Source: Isurus oxyrinchus (taxonomy: Eukaryota). Taken from it: a stretch of 64,000 nt of DNA. The notes under the pieces were generated by a model that was not told the DNA's origin, searched no databases, and worked only from the letters and a program-made list of their open reading frames with translations. Position numbers and translations under genes: made by a program. Location of the stretch: positions 1 through 64,000 of the forward strand of contig JANJGN010000838.1 in NCBI GenBank assembly GCA_026770705.1. Reading direction: 5' to 3'. Below, piece after piece: positions 12,435 through 23,889 of this stretch; position 1 is the stretch's first letter; each line of letters begins with the position of its first letter.

Positions 12435-15400
12435 CTACAGAGAAATCGAAACAGAAGTTATCCTCACATCATTTACTGGCACTGATAGGGTTAAATTATT
12501 GTGCAGCCTTGTTAATGTCAGTCGTGTCTCAGTTGGTTTAACCCTCTCTCTCATGTCATATGAAAGATACCACCTATGGCAGTGCAACGCTCCCTCAGGA
12601 CTGACCCTCCGACAGTGCAGCGCTCCCTCAGTACTGACCCTCCGACAGTGCAGCGCTCCCTCAGTATTGACCCTCCGACAGTGCAGCGCTCCCTCAGTAC
12701 TGACACTCCGACAGTGCAGCTCTCCCTCAGTACTGACCCTCCGACAGTGCAGCACTCCCTCAGTACTGACCCTCTGTCAGTCTTGCACTCCCTCGGTAAT
12801 GGTTCTGGTGAGTGACGGCTTGGATTCTGCACTCAAGTGTCTGGTGTGAAGCTCATTAACATGCACCTTGTAATCAGAGAGAGGATGAGAGAGAGAGAAA
12901 GAGAGAGAGAGAGAAAGAAAGGGAGGTTGGGATAGAGAGAGAGACTGTCATGATGCGATTAATAAATATTATGTTATTGGAAATTATTTTTATTCACATC
13001 GGGGTTTAGTCTGTGGGTGTGTCTGTGTGTGTTTTAATTGGATTAAAGCCAGCCAGTCTGGGTATTTGATGTATAGTAGTTTTGAGATGTAAACTGAGAG
13101 ATAGAGATTTGTATTTTTAAACAGAGCATTCAAAGCCTGGGAGTGAAATCTTAAACCAATCAACATTTATTTTATTGATAAAATTGATACTATGACAGAG
13201 GATTTATTGTTAGAAGAGATGGAGTTCAAAGGTCCTGATGATTCAATGAGAATTTACATTCAAAGAGCAGTGTTGGGTATAACTTGAGCAGTTTTGTGTG
13301 TGCAGAGCAGAGGCTTGTAACATCAAAGCAGCTGTAAGCCTACACCTGTCTGCAAAGGAACCAAAGTGAAAGGAACCTCATTTGGAATTTGTGAGGTGAA
13401 AATGCTTTGCCTGGAATCTGCTGAAAGTCTACGGGTTATCTTAGAGGAGATTAGTTTGGGAATTTGTTAAAATGTTATGATAATGCTAGCTTGTAGCCAT
13501 GTGCATATGTTTAACTTGTGTTAATTAATAAATGTCTCATGTAGATTGATATAAAACCATCTCGAGAACTGGTGGTCCTATTCTTGAATTTAGAGCTGCA
13601 TCTCAAACATTCCACTGGGAAATATAGGTTATGACAGTTGTTTAAAGTTTCCCTCTGGGATTTTAAACAACAGCCTTTACCAGTTGCTGTGTCATAACAG
13701 AGAGACAGCATGATACTGAACCATTGCTGACTCCACAGGTACAAATCAGTGGGTAACTGGGCTGGGAATCTGGGACACATGTTGTCTACACACTGAGATT
13801 GAAGCTTTGGAGTGAGTGTAAACAGCTCCTGTACCTGGTGATTCACAGAGAGTGGACTGGGGGTCAATGCAATGTCTCTGGTCCCTGAAACTCTCTCCTC
13901 CATCGCTGTCTTTCTCCTGTAATAACACAATATCACACTGTGGTTATCATATAGCAGAGAGTCAGTGCAGCACAGACACAGAGCCCACTGTAACCTTACA
14001 CCAATAACTGGACTCTCTCATTAAATTACATCTGCACAAAGCACAGAATCTAGAATCTCGACACCATCAACAACAAAGCAGCCCGATTTATCGACACCCC
14101 ATCCACCACATTAAACATTCACTCCCTCCACCATGAACACACAGTGGCAGCAGTGTGTGTACCATCTACAAGATGCACTGCAGCAACTCAGCAAGGCTCC
14201 TTCGACAGCACCTTCCAAACCCACGACCTCTACCATCTAGAAGGACAAGGGCAGCAGACACATGGGAACACCACCACCTGGAAGTTCCCCTCCAAGTCAC
14301 TCACCATCCTGACTTGGAAATATATCACCGTTCCTTTACTGTCGCTGGGTCAAGATCCTGGAACTCCCTCTCTAACAGCACTGTGGGTGTACCTACACCA
14401 CATGGACTGCAGCGGGTCAAGAAGGCAGCTCACCAACACCTTCTCAAGGGCAATTAGAGATAGCATATTAATAGCGGCCTCATCAGTGACCGCCACATTC
14501 GATGTAAGAATTTAAAATCTCACAGCTCAGGAGGAAGCCACTCAGCCTATCGTGCCTGTGCTGGCCCTTTGTAAAAACTGTCCAATTAGTCCTAAACAAA
14601 TTTTTATATTAAAATCAAGTTAAATCTTCAGACTTACTTTCTCACACAGATGAAGATGAAGATTTCAGCCAGTAAAACACTCAACATGATCCCAGCCGTG
14701 AACAATCCTACTGTCCATTTACTGGTGTCTCTACCTGTAAAAACAGCCATGAATTACTGCACTACAGGTTTGGAATGATGCTCCGATGTATCTCTTCCTC
14801 CCTCCTCTCCATCTGTAAAGTACCTAGTCTNNNNNNNNNNNNNNNNNNNNNNNNNNNNNNNNNNNNNNNNNNNNNNNNNNNNNNNNNNNNNNNNNNNNNN
14901 NNNNNNNNNNNNNNNNNNNNNNNNNNNNNNNNNNNNNNNNNNNNNNNNNNNNNNNNNNNNNNNNNNNNNNNNNNNNNNNNNNNNNNNNNNNNNNNNNNNN
15001 NNNNNNNNNNNNNNNNNNNNNNNNNNNNNNNNNNNNNNNNNNNNNNNNNNNNNNNNNNNNNNNNNNNNNNNNNNNNNNNNNNNNNNNNNNNNNNNNNNNN
15101 GTTGAAGTTTGCATTAACTCACGTTCCACAGTGATGATTATGAACCCCTCCACTGCTCCATGTTCATTCTCTGCCACACACTGATAGTCTCCAGTGTCCC
15201 TGGATGTAACGTGAGGAATCACCAACCACAGCTCATTGTTGGAACTTGTTCTGTTCATTGGGACATTAAGATGTCGCCACGTCAGGTTAGAAGCTGGGAA
15301 GCTCTCGACAGAGCAGATTATCACTGCAGAATTCCCCTCAATTATATTGATCGATGAAGCATTAATCACATCAAGAGAAGCAATTGAGAGATTCTGTGGT

Positions 15401-18400
15401 GCGTCTGAAAACAAATAAAGATCAGTTGCTTACATTGACTGTGAAACACTTTGAGAGACTTTGAGAATGTGAAAGGTGTGACATCAATGAAGGTTCCTTC
15501 ACCACAAAGCACATAATCCAGGCAGACACTTCAGTTCAGCACTGAGAGAGTGCTGAGGGAGAGCTGCACTGTAGCAGGTGCAGTGCTGATGGAGTGCTGC
15601 ACAGTCAGACTGTCAGTTCTGATTGAGAACTGCAATGTGGGAGGGACAGTACTGAGGGAGCATTGCACTGTTAGAGAGTCAGTAATGAAAGAGTGCTGCA
15701 CTGTGGGTAGGTCAGTACTGAGGGAGAGCTGCACTGTAGCAGGTGCAGTGCTGATGGAGTGCTGCACAGTCAGACTGTCAGTTCTGATTGAGAACTGCAA
15801 TGTGGGAGGGACAGTACTGAGGGAGCATTGCACTGTTAGCGAGTCAGTACTGAGGCAAACACACTGTTGGCTGTATACTTCAGGCCCTCTATGGTCAAGT
15901 GGAGCACCATGTACCTTTAAGAGAATGCAAGCGGACTAACCATGTGACAGTACTGACCAATCATCAGACAGGTTGGGCTACTGGGTAACTGTATTTCTCG
16001 AGCTGGAGGTGGTTGTGGGGGTGCGCAAGGATTCAGTGTTCAGTCCTCTGCTACAATAAATAATCACAGTTTGTTCTTATGTCTGTCTCTGTCCGTTACT
16101 GATAGTAAGAATCAACTAGCGAGTGTATATGAAGGTGTGCAATTCGAGTTTACTCGACTGGTGAATTCAGAGACTCAAGACATAAAACTGGGGGTGAGGA
16201 TGAACACAGCTAAAAACACAGCCCCTGAGTGAGGACCCACAAGGCCAGTGGCGCAGAGCATTAGAAAGAGAATCTGTACGGAGGGTGTAAAATAGGCTGC
16301 AGTCCGAGCAGGAAGCAGTGCTGCACTGAGAATTTGGGGGAAAAACCCTGCAGAATCCTGATCACAGGGATCCCAGCAAAACTCAAAGAGAGCACGAAAC
16401 CCAGCGCAGAAAAGACAAGAGCGACAGAGAGGGAGTTAACAAAGAGGTGACTGCTCTTAAAGCAACAATACATTTAAAGAGGTACATGAAAGGACAATGG
16501 CTGTGGACAGAATGTTATAAGAGACCCCAGAGAGCGGGTAACTCTGCGGAAGGTAAAAGATGAATCAATCGACGGCAGTGAAGGAAGCTGCAGTAAGACA
16601 AACACCTGAATTGGACATTAACTGGGAAGACATCGGAAGTGCTGCCCCCTTGCAGTCGTCGACGATGCTGCAGTTCCGGCGTGTCGATCCATTCAACCCC
16701 ATTTCAGGTGACTGGTCTCAGTGTGTCGAACGCCTAGTGTTCTTTTTTTACCGCTAATGACATCACGGGAGAGGAGAAGAAGAGGGAGATTCTTGTATCC
16801 ACATGTGGGAGCAAAACGTCCGGGCTGATCCTCAGCCTCACGTCACCGACCATCCCCGACTCGAAGACTGTCAACCAGTGAATAAAAATTGTTCCAAACC
16901 ACCTGAGACCACAGCCCTCAGTTACTATTCAGCACTTCATCACCCATATCAAACCCTTACCCTACCGCCCAGCATCGAACGGCAGGGCTGAGCAGGGCAT
17001 CCAAACCTTTAAATCCAGGGTGAGAAAGATGGAAGGGGATTCCATCGGCACGAGATTGTCCCGGTTCCTCTTCACAAACTGGGCCAGGCCACAAACAACG
17101 ACCAGCATTGGCCCTGCAGAACTACTAATGAAGAGACATCTCCGCACCCACCTGACCCTTATCCAGCCGGATTTAAAGGGGAGGCTGGAGAAAAGCCAAG
17201 AGACGCAGGAGACCAGGCACGATGGTCATGCTGGGAAAGAACTTTCACTGTGGGAGGTGCAGTCCTCGCGATGAACTATGGAGATGGGTCCAATTGGCTG
17301 TTAGGCAAGGTGAGTGCAGTAACTGGATCCCTCTCCTCTCATGTATCAGTAAGCGACACATGGATCATTTCCCCAAAATAACGCTGGTCCCACAAGAAGA
17401 AATGAAGTCTTCATCTACACTTGAGTCTGGGCCACATGTAGAGGACAGGTCCCAAAATTTGGAAGGAGCAACATTCGAGAAAGCCTCCTGAGAGACTTGA
17501 TTTGTAAATAGTTATTAGTGTAATTAGTTCACTGGTTATTAAGTTTGTCAACTGCACTTTTTAAGTAAAGGGGGAAGGATGTGGTAAAGTGGAGTTCCAT
17601 GTACAGTTAAGAGAATGCAAGTGGATAAACCATGTGACAGTGCTGCCCAATCATTGTACAGTGCGGGCTACTGGTTAACTGTAAGTCTAGAGCTGGAGGT
17701 GGGTGTGGGAACATGCAAGGATTTAGTGCTCTGCCCTCTTGTAATAAATAATCAGCTTGTTCTAATGTCGGTCTCTCTTGGTTATTGATAGCGAGCATCA
17801 ACTAACAAGTGTATATGAAGGAGTGCAATTCGAGTTTACTCAACCAGTGAACTCATAGACTCAAGATATAAAACCAACAAACAGTCAGGGAGAGATGGAC
17901 AATCCAACATGTGATCACATTTCAGAGATGTGTAAGAATAATAAAGCAGTAATACTCAGGGATTTTAACTACCCAAATATTAACTGGGACAGCTTTAGTG
18001 AGCAAGGTAGGGAGGGAGAAAAATTCTGAAGTTGCATCCAGGAGAACTTTTTTAGTCTGTGCATAGAAAGCTCAACAAGGGAGGGGACAGTTCTGGACCT
18101 AATATATGGAAAAGCGCCGGGAAAGGTGGAAAGCGTATCAGTAGGGGAGATAGTGATTGTAACTCAATTGGATTTAGGACAGGTATGGAGAAGGATAAGT
18201 TTGTGCTGGGAATAAAAATTCTAAACTGGGGAAAGGCTAATTTTTCTAAGATGAGATATGATTTAGTCCAATTGGACTGGGAGAAGCTCTTTGCAGATAA
18301 AACTGTGTCAGAGCAGTGGGAGGCATTCAAGGAGGGAATAGCGAGAGTACAGAGCAGATATCTTCCTGTAAAGACAAAGAGGGAGACCAAGTCTGGAGAA

Positions 18401-21400
18401 CCCTGGAAGACAAGGAACATAAAGGTTAGGATTGAGAAAAAAGAGAAGCTTATGGCAGATACTGAGGGCTCAATACAACAGAGTCCCTAGAGGAGTATAA
18501 ATAGTGCAGAGGGGAACTGAAAAAGGACATTAGGAAAGATAAGAGAGTGCATGAGAAAGCACTGGTGGGTAGAATAAAGCAAAACCCAGAGGGATTTTTT
18601 AAATATGTAAAGAGCAGCAGAATAACTCGGTAAAGAGTGGGGCCGATTAGGGACTATCGAGGTAATGTGTGTGTGGACCTGGAAGACGTGGGTACAGTCC
18701 TCAATGAATACTTTGCATCAGTCTTCACAATGGAAAAGGATGATGCAGGTATAACATCAGGGTGGAGGGCAGTGAAATATGAGAGGAAATTAACACAGAG
18801 AGAGGAGGTACTAGTGGGTTTAGTGGCCTGAAAAGTGGATAAATCCACAAGCCTGGATGAGATGAATCCAAAGCTGTTGAGGGAGGAAAGGGAAGAGATA
18901 TCAGGGGCCCTGGCAGTAATTTTCAAATCCTCTCTGGCCACAGGTGAGGTGCCAGAGGACTGGAGGATGGCTAATGTTGTCCCATTGTTAAAAAAGGGAG
19001 GAAGGGATAGATCAGGAAATTACAGGCCAGTCAGTCTAACCTCGGTGGTGGGGAAGTTACTAGTAAGAATTCTGAAGGACAGAATGAATCTGCACTGGGA
19101 GAGACAAGGATTAATCTGGGATATTCAGCATGGATTTGTTAAGGGAAGGTCATGTTTGACAAACCTGATCAAATCTTTTGAGGAGGTAACCAGGAGTGTT
19201 GATCAGAGTAATGCCTTTGATGTGGTCGACATGGGCTGAGGAAGGCTTTTGATCAGGTGCCTCATGGCAGAGAGGCCAGGAAAGTAAGAGCCCATGGGAT
19301 CCAAGGCAAAGTGGCACGTTGGATCCAATATTGGCTGAGGCAGGAAGCAGAGGGTGATGGTGGAGGGATGTTTCTGTGACTGGATGTCTGTTTCCAGTGG
19401 GGTTCCACAGGGCTCAGTGCTGGGGCACTTGCTGTTTGTGGTGTATATAAATGAATTGGACTTATATAAAGGGGGAATGATCAAGACGCAAATGGAATTC
19501 AACCTGGAAAAGTGTGAGGTGATGCACTTGGGGAGGGAGTTGCTGACCAGCATGGACATGATGGGCTAAATGGCCTCCTTCTGTCCTGTAAGTGTCTATG
19601 AGTCTATGAGTCCATGATGCACTGTTGAGTCAGTAGTAAGGATGTACTGCCTGTCAGGGGTCACTTTTTACCAGTGAAACACCAATGGTTTGTTGGTAAA
19701 CAAAGTGCTGTATGTGGGAGCTTGCTGTGCACATTTGATACTATTCCAGCTAATGTAGAATGAAGGGTGTTTGTACTTACATAGCACAGTCAGTACGAGG
19801 GTCCGCTTCGATGAAACAGATGGATATCTCACTCTGCAGCTGAGAGTGTGTCCGTGGTGTTTGAGTGATGGGATCAGGGTCAGAACAGAAGTATAGGTCA
19901 GAGTGACACCATGCTGAGTTACAGTGTTTGAGACTGATCCAGGTACGTCAGTGAGAGTGTCCCAGGTTAAGACAGGTGCTGCTGTTCCATTGCACCTTGT
20001 GTTGAAGGTGCAGCTTACATCCACACGCTTTCCTGCAATAATTTCAGCAGGGAATATCATGGGTTTATCTGTGAAATCTAACAGACAGAGAATGGATCCT
20101 TTTAGAGAAATATAACGTGAAGCATCAGTTCAAATAGAAACCACAGTCCCACAAGAGAAAGCACTTTTACAAGGATGATATCAGAACTGAGAGGTTACAA
20201 TGATCATTTTAGAATTGTCTCTTTTTACACTTGTTGAATCTCTGTCACTCAGATTAATACACTCTCACTCAGTGACCCTTGATTTGACCAGACTGGGTGA
20301 GGGTGGAGGAACAGCTCACAGCTTGGGGAGAACAGACTCAGCATTTGGAAATGGATATGGAGACACTGGAGAGGGTGGTAAAAAGCTTCACAAGGATGAT
20401 CGCAGCAATGTGAGGCTTTACCTATCAGGAGAGGATGTACAGGCTGGGTCTCTGTTCTCTTGAACAGAGAAGGTTGAGGGGTGACATCATTTGATCTTTG
20501 AAGTAGTGAAAGGTTTTGATCGAGTAGACATGGAGAGAGTTTTTCCACTCCTCACAATGAACAAAACCAGAGGCTGACAATATAAGATCCTCACTAATAA
20601 ATCCAATGGGGAATTCAGGAGAAACTTCTTTACCCAGAGAGTGGGGAGAATGTGTGCTTCAAGAATCACTTCATTGGCTGTGAATCGATTTTGGATCGTC
20701 CTGAGGTGGTGAAAGGCGCTATAGGAATGCAAGTCATTCTGTTGTCAATTTGTTGGAATTTAAAACAGGATTAGAGAGCTTGATAAGATTGGATAACCTG
20801 ATAACATTGATGGACACACTCAATCTATTTAATCATTGATATTAAAGTGAGTAATAGAGGTTGCTTTAGGACTGAACTGGAAGCTATCACCAGGTTATTG
20901 AGAATCAGACAGTGTGTTACAATAAGCTTTGTTTTGTGTTAATATGTAAACGTCACAGTTGTGTTATTTCCCACTGAGTGTTGGATGTGAATTGTTGAGT
21001 AATTATAACACAGCACTTACCAGAAATGTGAAGCCGGGTTCCAGGGTAATAGTTGTAGTTATTTGGACTGCCAAATTCTATTCTGAAAAGATAAGGTCCT
21101 TCATCTTCCTGTCTGATGTTGTTTATAATCAGGGAACAGTCGCCATCTTTCAGGTCTCCAGACAGCCGGGTCCGATGGTGGAACCGTGGTAACTCGTGAC
21201 TGTGATCCTTGGAGTGAAAGGCAAAGGGATTGTCGAATTTGTGTTTCTCGTTATTAAACCAGATTCCGACTCGTGGTTGGCTTTCCAAATGTGCTGGATA
21301 ACTGTAATGACATGGAATCTGTACACACGAACCTTCCTGCGCTGTCACCTCTCGTGGAGTGTCACCTTTCCACTCTTGTGACAGTCCAACTGGGGAGAGA

Positions 21401-22379
21401 AATATCTATATTTAATTCTGGATCCTCAATGTCAACTGAATCTTCATTGTCACTTCATTGTCTAAGGAATCTCGTTGGATCCTCATTGTCTGAGGAGTCT
21501 CTTTGGATCCTCAATGTCTAAGGGATTATTTCTGATCCAAACCCCATATTGTTGTATTGTTGATTCCGATGCAGCATTGTAGACTGACTTGTCCCCAAGC
21601 TCAGCACTGACCCTACTCCAGCAGACACTGTGAAACACACTAACAAAGTGCCTCTAGCCTGAGCTCTGCATGTGTTGAGAGAAAGACAAATATGCAAACT
21701 GAATATTGACACCTTTACACACGGACAGCTTTACCTTCCTTCTCTCTTTCAGTTATCTTGCTCCCTTATTGAAGTATCTAGCAAGGTGAGAATGGACAGG
21801 AAGTGTGACACTGAACAGCCTGTCTATTCTAGGAGCTGCTGTGTTGTCTTCATGGGAAATTCTGACGAAAATCAGCAAAAGACACTAATTTCAGGCCATT
21901 GCTGTCAGAGTCCTAGCCACAAGATAGACTTCATCCCCTGAATTTTGTGTCCAATTTTCTACTCAAACTTTCACCTCCCCAAACCTCCACCCCGACCCCA
22001 CAAGTCACTCGCTGACCTACACTGGCTCCCAGTCCAGCAACACCTCGATGTGATTATTTTCACACTTGATTTCCAATCCCTCCATCACTCCGCTCCACTC
22101 CCTGTCTCTGTAACCCCCTCCAAACCTACAACCCTCTGTGATCTCTGCTCTCCTCCAATTCTGCTGTCAGACAGGGAGTCAGTGTATATCAGTGAGCACA
22201 GGGGTGATGGGTGAATGGGACTTGGTGTGAGATTGTACACTGGCTCACTGCTGAATCAGTTGCCAATCACAGCTCAATAAGAATGGTCTTTTACAAAGAC
22301 TATTAACCATAAATCTGTCCAAGCTGACAATGATATTACCTTGGAGAAGTGACAGGAGGAAGTAAGATTTCCCGATCAT
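12186..22379 (-). CDS. Siglec/CD33-like receptor, spliced gene model (leader-V-C2-C2-TM-cytoplasmic), 471 aa with the proximal tail if the gap hides no exon
   Basis: Exons of 40+369+297+282+97+82+249 nt (1416 nt) join in frame through GT-AG introns with phases 1,1,1,1,2,0. Siglec V-set signature: GSCVQIPC, DCSL and YLFRIE with the essential Arg. Confidence 0.88.
13835..13916 (-). CDS. Tail cassette 1 juxtamembrane exon RKTAMEERVSGTRDIALTPSPLSVNHQ
   Basis: ttattacag acceptor, CAG|GTACAG donor, 82 nt, phase 2-0, matching both the TM exon and the terminal exon. Confidence 0.82.
14638..14734 (-). CDS. Transmembrane exon RDTSKWTVGLFTAGIMLSVLLAEIFIFICVRK (not in ORF track)
   Basis: tttttacag acceptor, GTAAGT donor, 97 nt, phase 1-2. 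Hydrophobic stretch followed by a basic stop-transfer. Confidence 0.88.
14831..15100. other. Assembly gap (270 N)
   Basis: Run of n between the second C2 exon and the TM exon. Confidence 1.
15123..15404 (-). CDS. Siglec second C2/I-set Ig exon
   Basis: ttgttttcag acceptor, GTGAGT donor, 282 nt. Encodes YAPQNLSI...IICSVESFPASNLTW...DTGDYQCVAENEHG. Confidence 0.9.
15889..17874 (+). mobile_element. Internally deleted Gypsy-type LTR retrotransposon in a Siglec intron
   Basis: Diverged direct repeats at ~15889-16188 and ~17580-17874, PBS-like tgggggtgagga, PPT taaagggggaagga. Gag-like DPFNPISGDWSQCVERL and integrase-like RFLF...PQTTTSIGPAELLM remnants. Confidence 0.85.
17880..19610 (+). mobile_element. 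Degraded CR1 LINE
   Basis: ORF2 pieces NYRPVSLTSVVGK, QHGFVKGRSCLTNL and SGVPQGSVLG; tail gatgggctaaatggcctccttctg...ctatgagtctatgag. Confidence 0.9.
19781..20077 (-). CDS. Siglec first C2-set Ig exon
   Basis: 297 nt, phase 1-1. Encodes DFTDKP...VSCTFNTRCNGTAAPVLTW...TSVLTLIPSLKHHGHTLSCRV, including the extra Cys typical of Siglec domain 2. Confidence 0.92.
20330..20740 (+). mobile_element. CR1 3' fragment plus SINE-like tail
   Basis: Resembles the C-terminal ORF2 region of the CR1 at 40600-41000. Confidence 0.6.
21021..21389 (-). CDS. Siglec V-set Ig exon
   Basis: tctctccccag acceptor, GTAAGT donor, 369 nt, phase 1-1. Encodes QEWKGDTPREVTAQEGSCVQIPCHYSY...GDCSLIINN...GPYLFRIEF. Confidence 0.93.
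22340..22379 (-). CDS. Siglec leader exon MIGKSYFLLSLLQ
   Basis: ATG at 22379, hydrophobic peptide, phase-1 donor GTAATA. Upstream acceptor (ctttctctttcacag) puts the exon start at 22412. Conserved in three plus-strand copies. Confidence 0.85.
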
Positions 22380-22823
22380 CGTCCACTCTCAGGTATTTCA
22401 TTCGCTCTCAAACTGTGAAAGAGAAAGGAGTTAATGAGACCTCACCTCTTGTCCGACAGCTCTAGAGAGATCAGAACTGCTTTTAGACAATGTCTTCACA
22501 GACCTAATTTGACTCTCTGTGGGATGAAAGGTGCTCTGTAGAGAGTTACAAGGCTTTAAGGAAGAAAAACAACGATGAACTTGCATTTCTATAGCACCTT
22601 TCACCACCTCAGGATGTCCCAAAGCTCATGTCTCTCCACTTCCCTCATCCCTTGAGCTAGAAAGATGTTCTGTACAACAGACTTGAGCCTCACACTCGGA
22701 TCTCAATAATCAGTAGAAATCTTTCAAAGGCATCAATCATTGGAATCTCTCTTTATAAAGTCATAACATCAACAAAGGACGGTGTTGGTGGTGGAAGTGA
22801 ATTCCAGTCATTCCGTTACTTAC

Positions 22824-22960
22824 CCAGGACCTGTCCGACTGCTCGCCTGGGGAGGAACTGCCCACACACACTGCTTGGGCTGAATGACCTCTTCCTGTGC
22901 TGCTCCCTCTGTGTGTTTAATTAGAAAGGGTTGATGTGTCTCTGTGAGACAAAATGAGGA
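22824..22960 (-). promoter_or_regulatory. Putative promoter / non-coding first exon of the minus-strand Siglec
   Basis: Strong donor CTGG|GTAAGT ~410 nt upstream of the leader-exon acceptor, plus an ETS-like CAGGAAG. Conserved upstream of every leader (donors at 33640, 44194, 54237). The 5' boundary is a guess. Confidence 0.5.
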
Positions 22961-23889
22961 AGTCAGATCAAAGTGACAGAGCAGCTGATGTTTAGAGTTT
23001 TTTGAAGCTGTTAACCCTTTGCGTTCTGGACTTGTGATGATATTTCTGCTCAAAAGTGGAAAGTCATTGACCAGGAATTTCTCCTGTGGGTCACTGGGTT
23101 TCGAACCCTCTCTCGCTCTCTGAGTGGATGGTCACCTGTTCGAGATTCATTTGGCAAAATTCAGGCTGGCAAACCAGATCAGCACTCAGTGTCAGGACTG
23201 AGAGTCCTGCACAATCGGAGGGTCAGTACTGAGAGAGAGCTGCACTGTTGGAGGGTGAGTATTGAGGGAGTGCTGCATAGTCAGAGGGTCAGTACTGAGG
23301 GAGTGCTGCAAGGTCAGAGGGTCAGTGCTAAGAGAGAGCTGCATTGTCAGAGGGTCAGTACAGAGGGACTGCTGCACAATCGGAGCGTCAGTACTGAGGG
23401 AGTGCTGCACTGTCAGAGGGTCAGTACTGAGGGAGTACTGCACTGTTGGAGGGTCAGTACTGAGGGAGTGTTGCACTGTGAGAGGGTCAGTACAGAGGTA
23501 GAGCTGCACTGTCAGAGGGTCAGTACTGAGGGAGTGCTGCACTGTCAGAGGGTCAGTACTGAGACAGAGCTGCACTGTCAGATGGGCAGTACTGAGGGAG
23601 TGTTGCACTGTGGGAGGGTCAGTACTGAGAGAGTGCTGCACAGTCGGAGGGTCAGTACTGAGGGAGTGCTGCACAATCGGAGGGTCAGTACTGAGGGAGT
23701 GCTGCACTTTCGGAGGGTCAGTACTGAGGGAATGCTGCACTGTTGGAGGGTCAGTACCGAGGGAATGCTGCACCGTCGGAGTGTCAGTACTGAGGGAGTG
23801 CTGCACTGCTGGAGGGTCAGTACCGAGGGACTGCTGCACTGTCGCAGGCTCAGTACCGAGGGAATGTAAACCGAACCCATTGGTCAACT

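Larger units (their letters stand above)
3005..14529. repeat. Tandem segmental duplication, four units of ~2.9-3.1 kb
   Basis: Homologous exon ends at 4819, 7905, 10923 and 13835. Unit junctions follow 'aaaatctcaca(g/t)ctca' near 5512, 8598, 11616 and 14529. Confidence 0.97.

Noticed and set aside
14775-15134. ORFs running through poly-X
   Set aside because: Created by the assembly gap.
12186-22379. Assigning a specific symbol such as CD33, MAG, CD22 or SIGLEC15
   Set aside because: Family membership is clear, but orthology needs a phylogeny that I cannot run, and the gap may hide further Ig exons.
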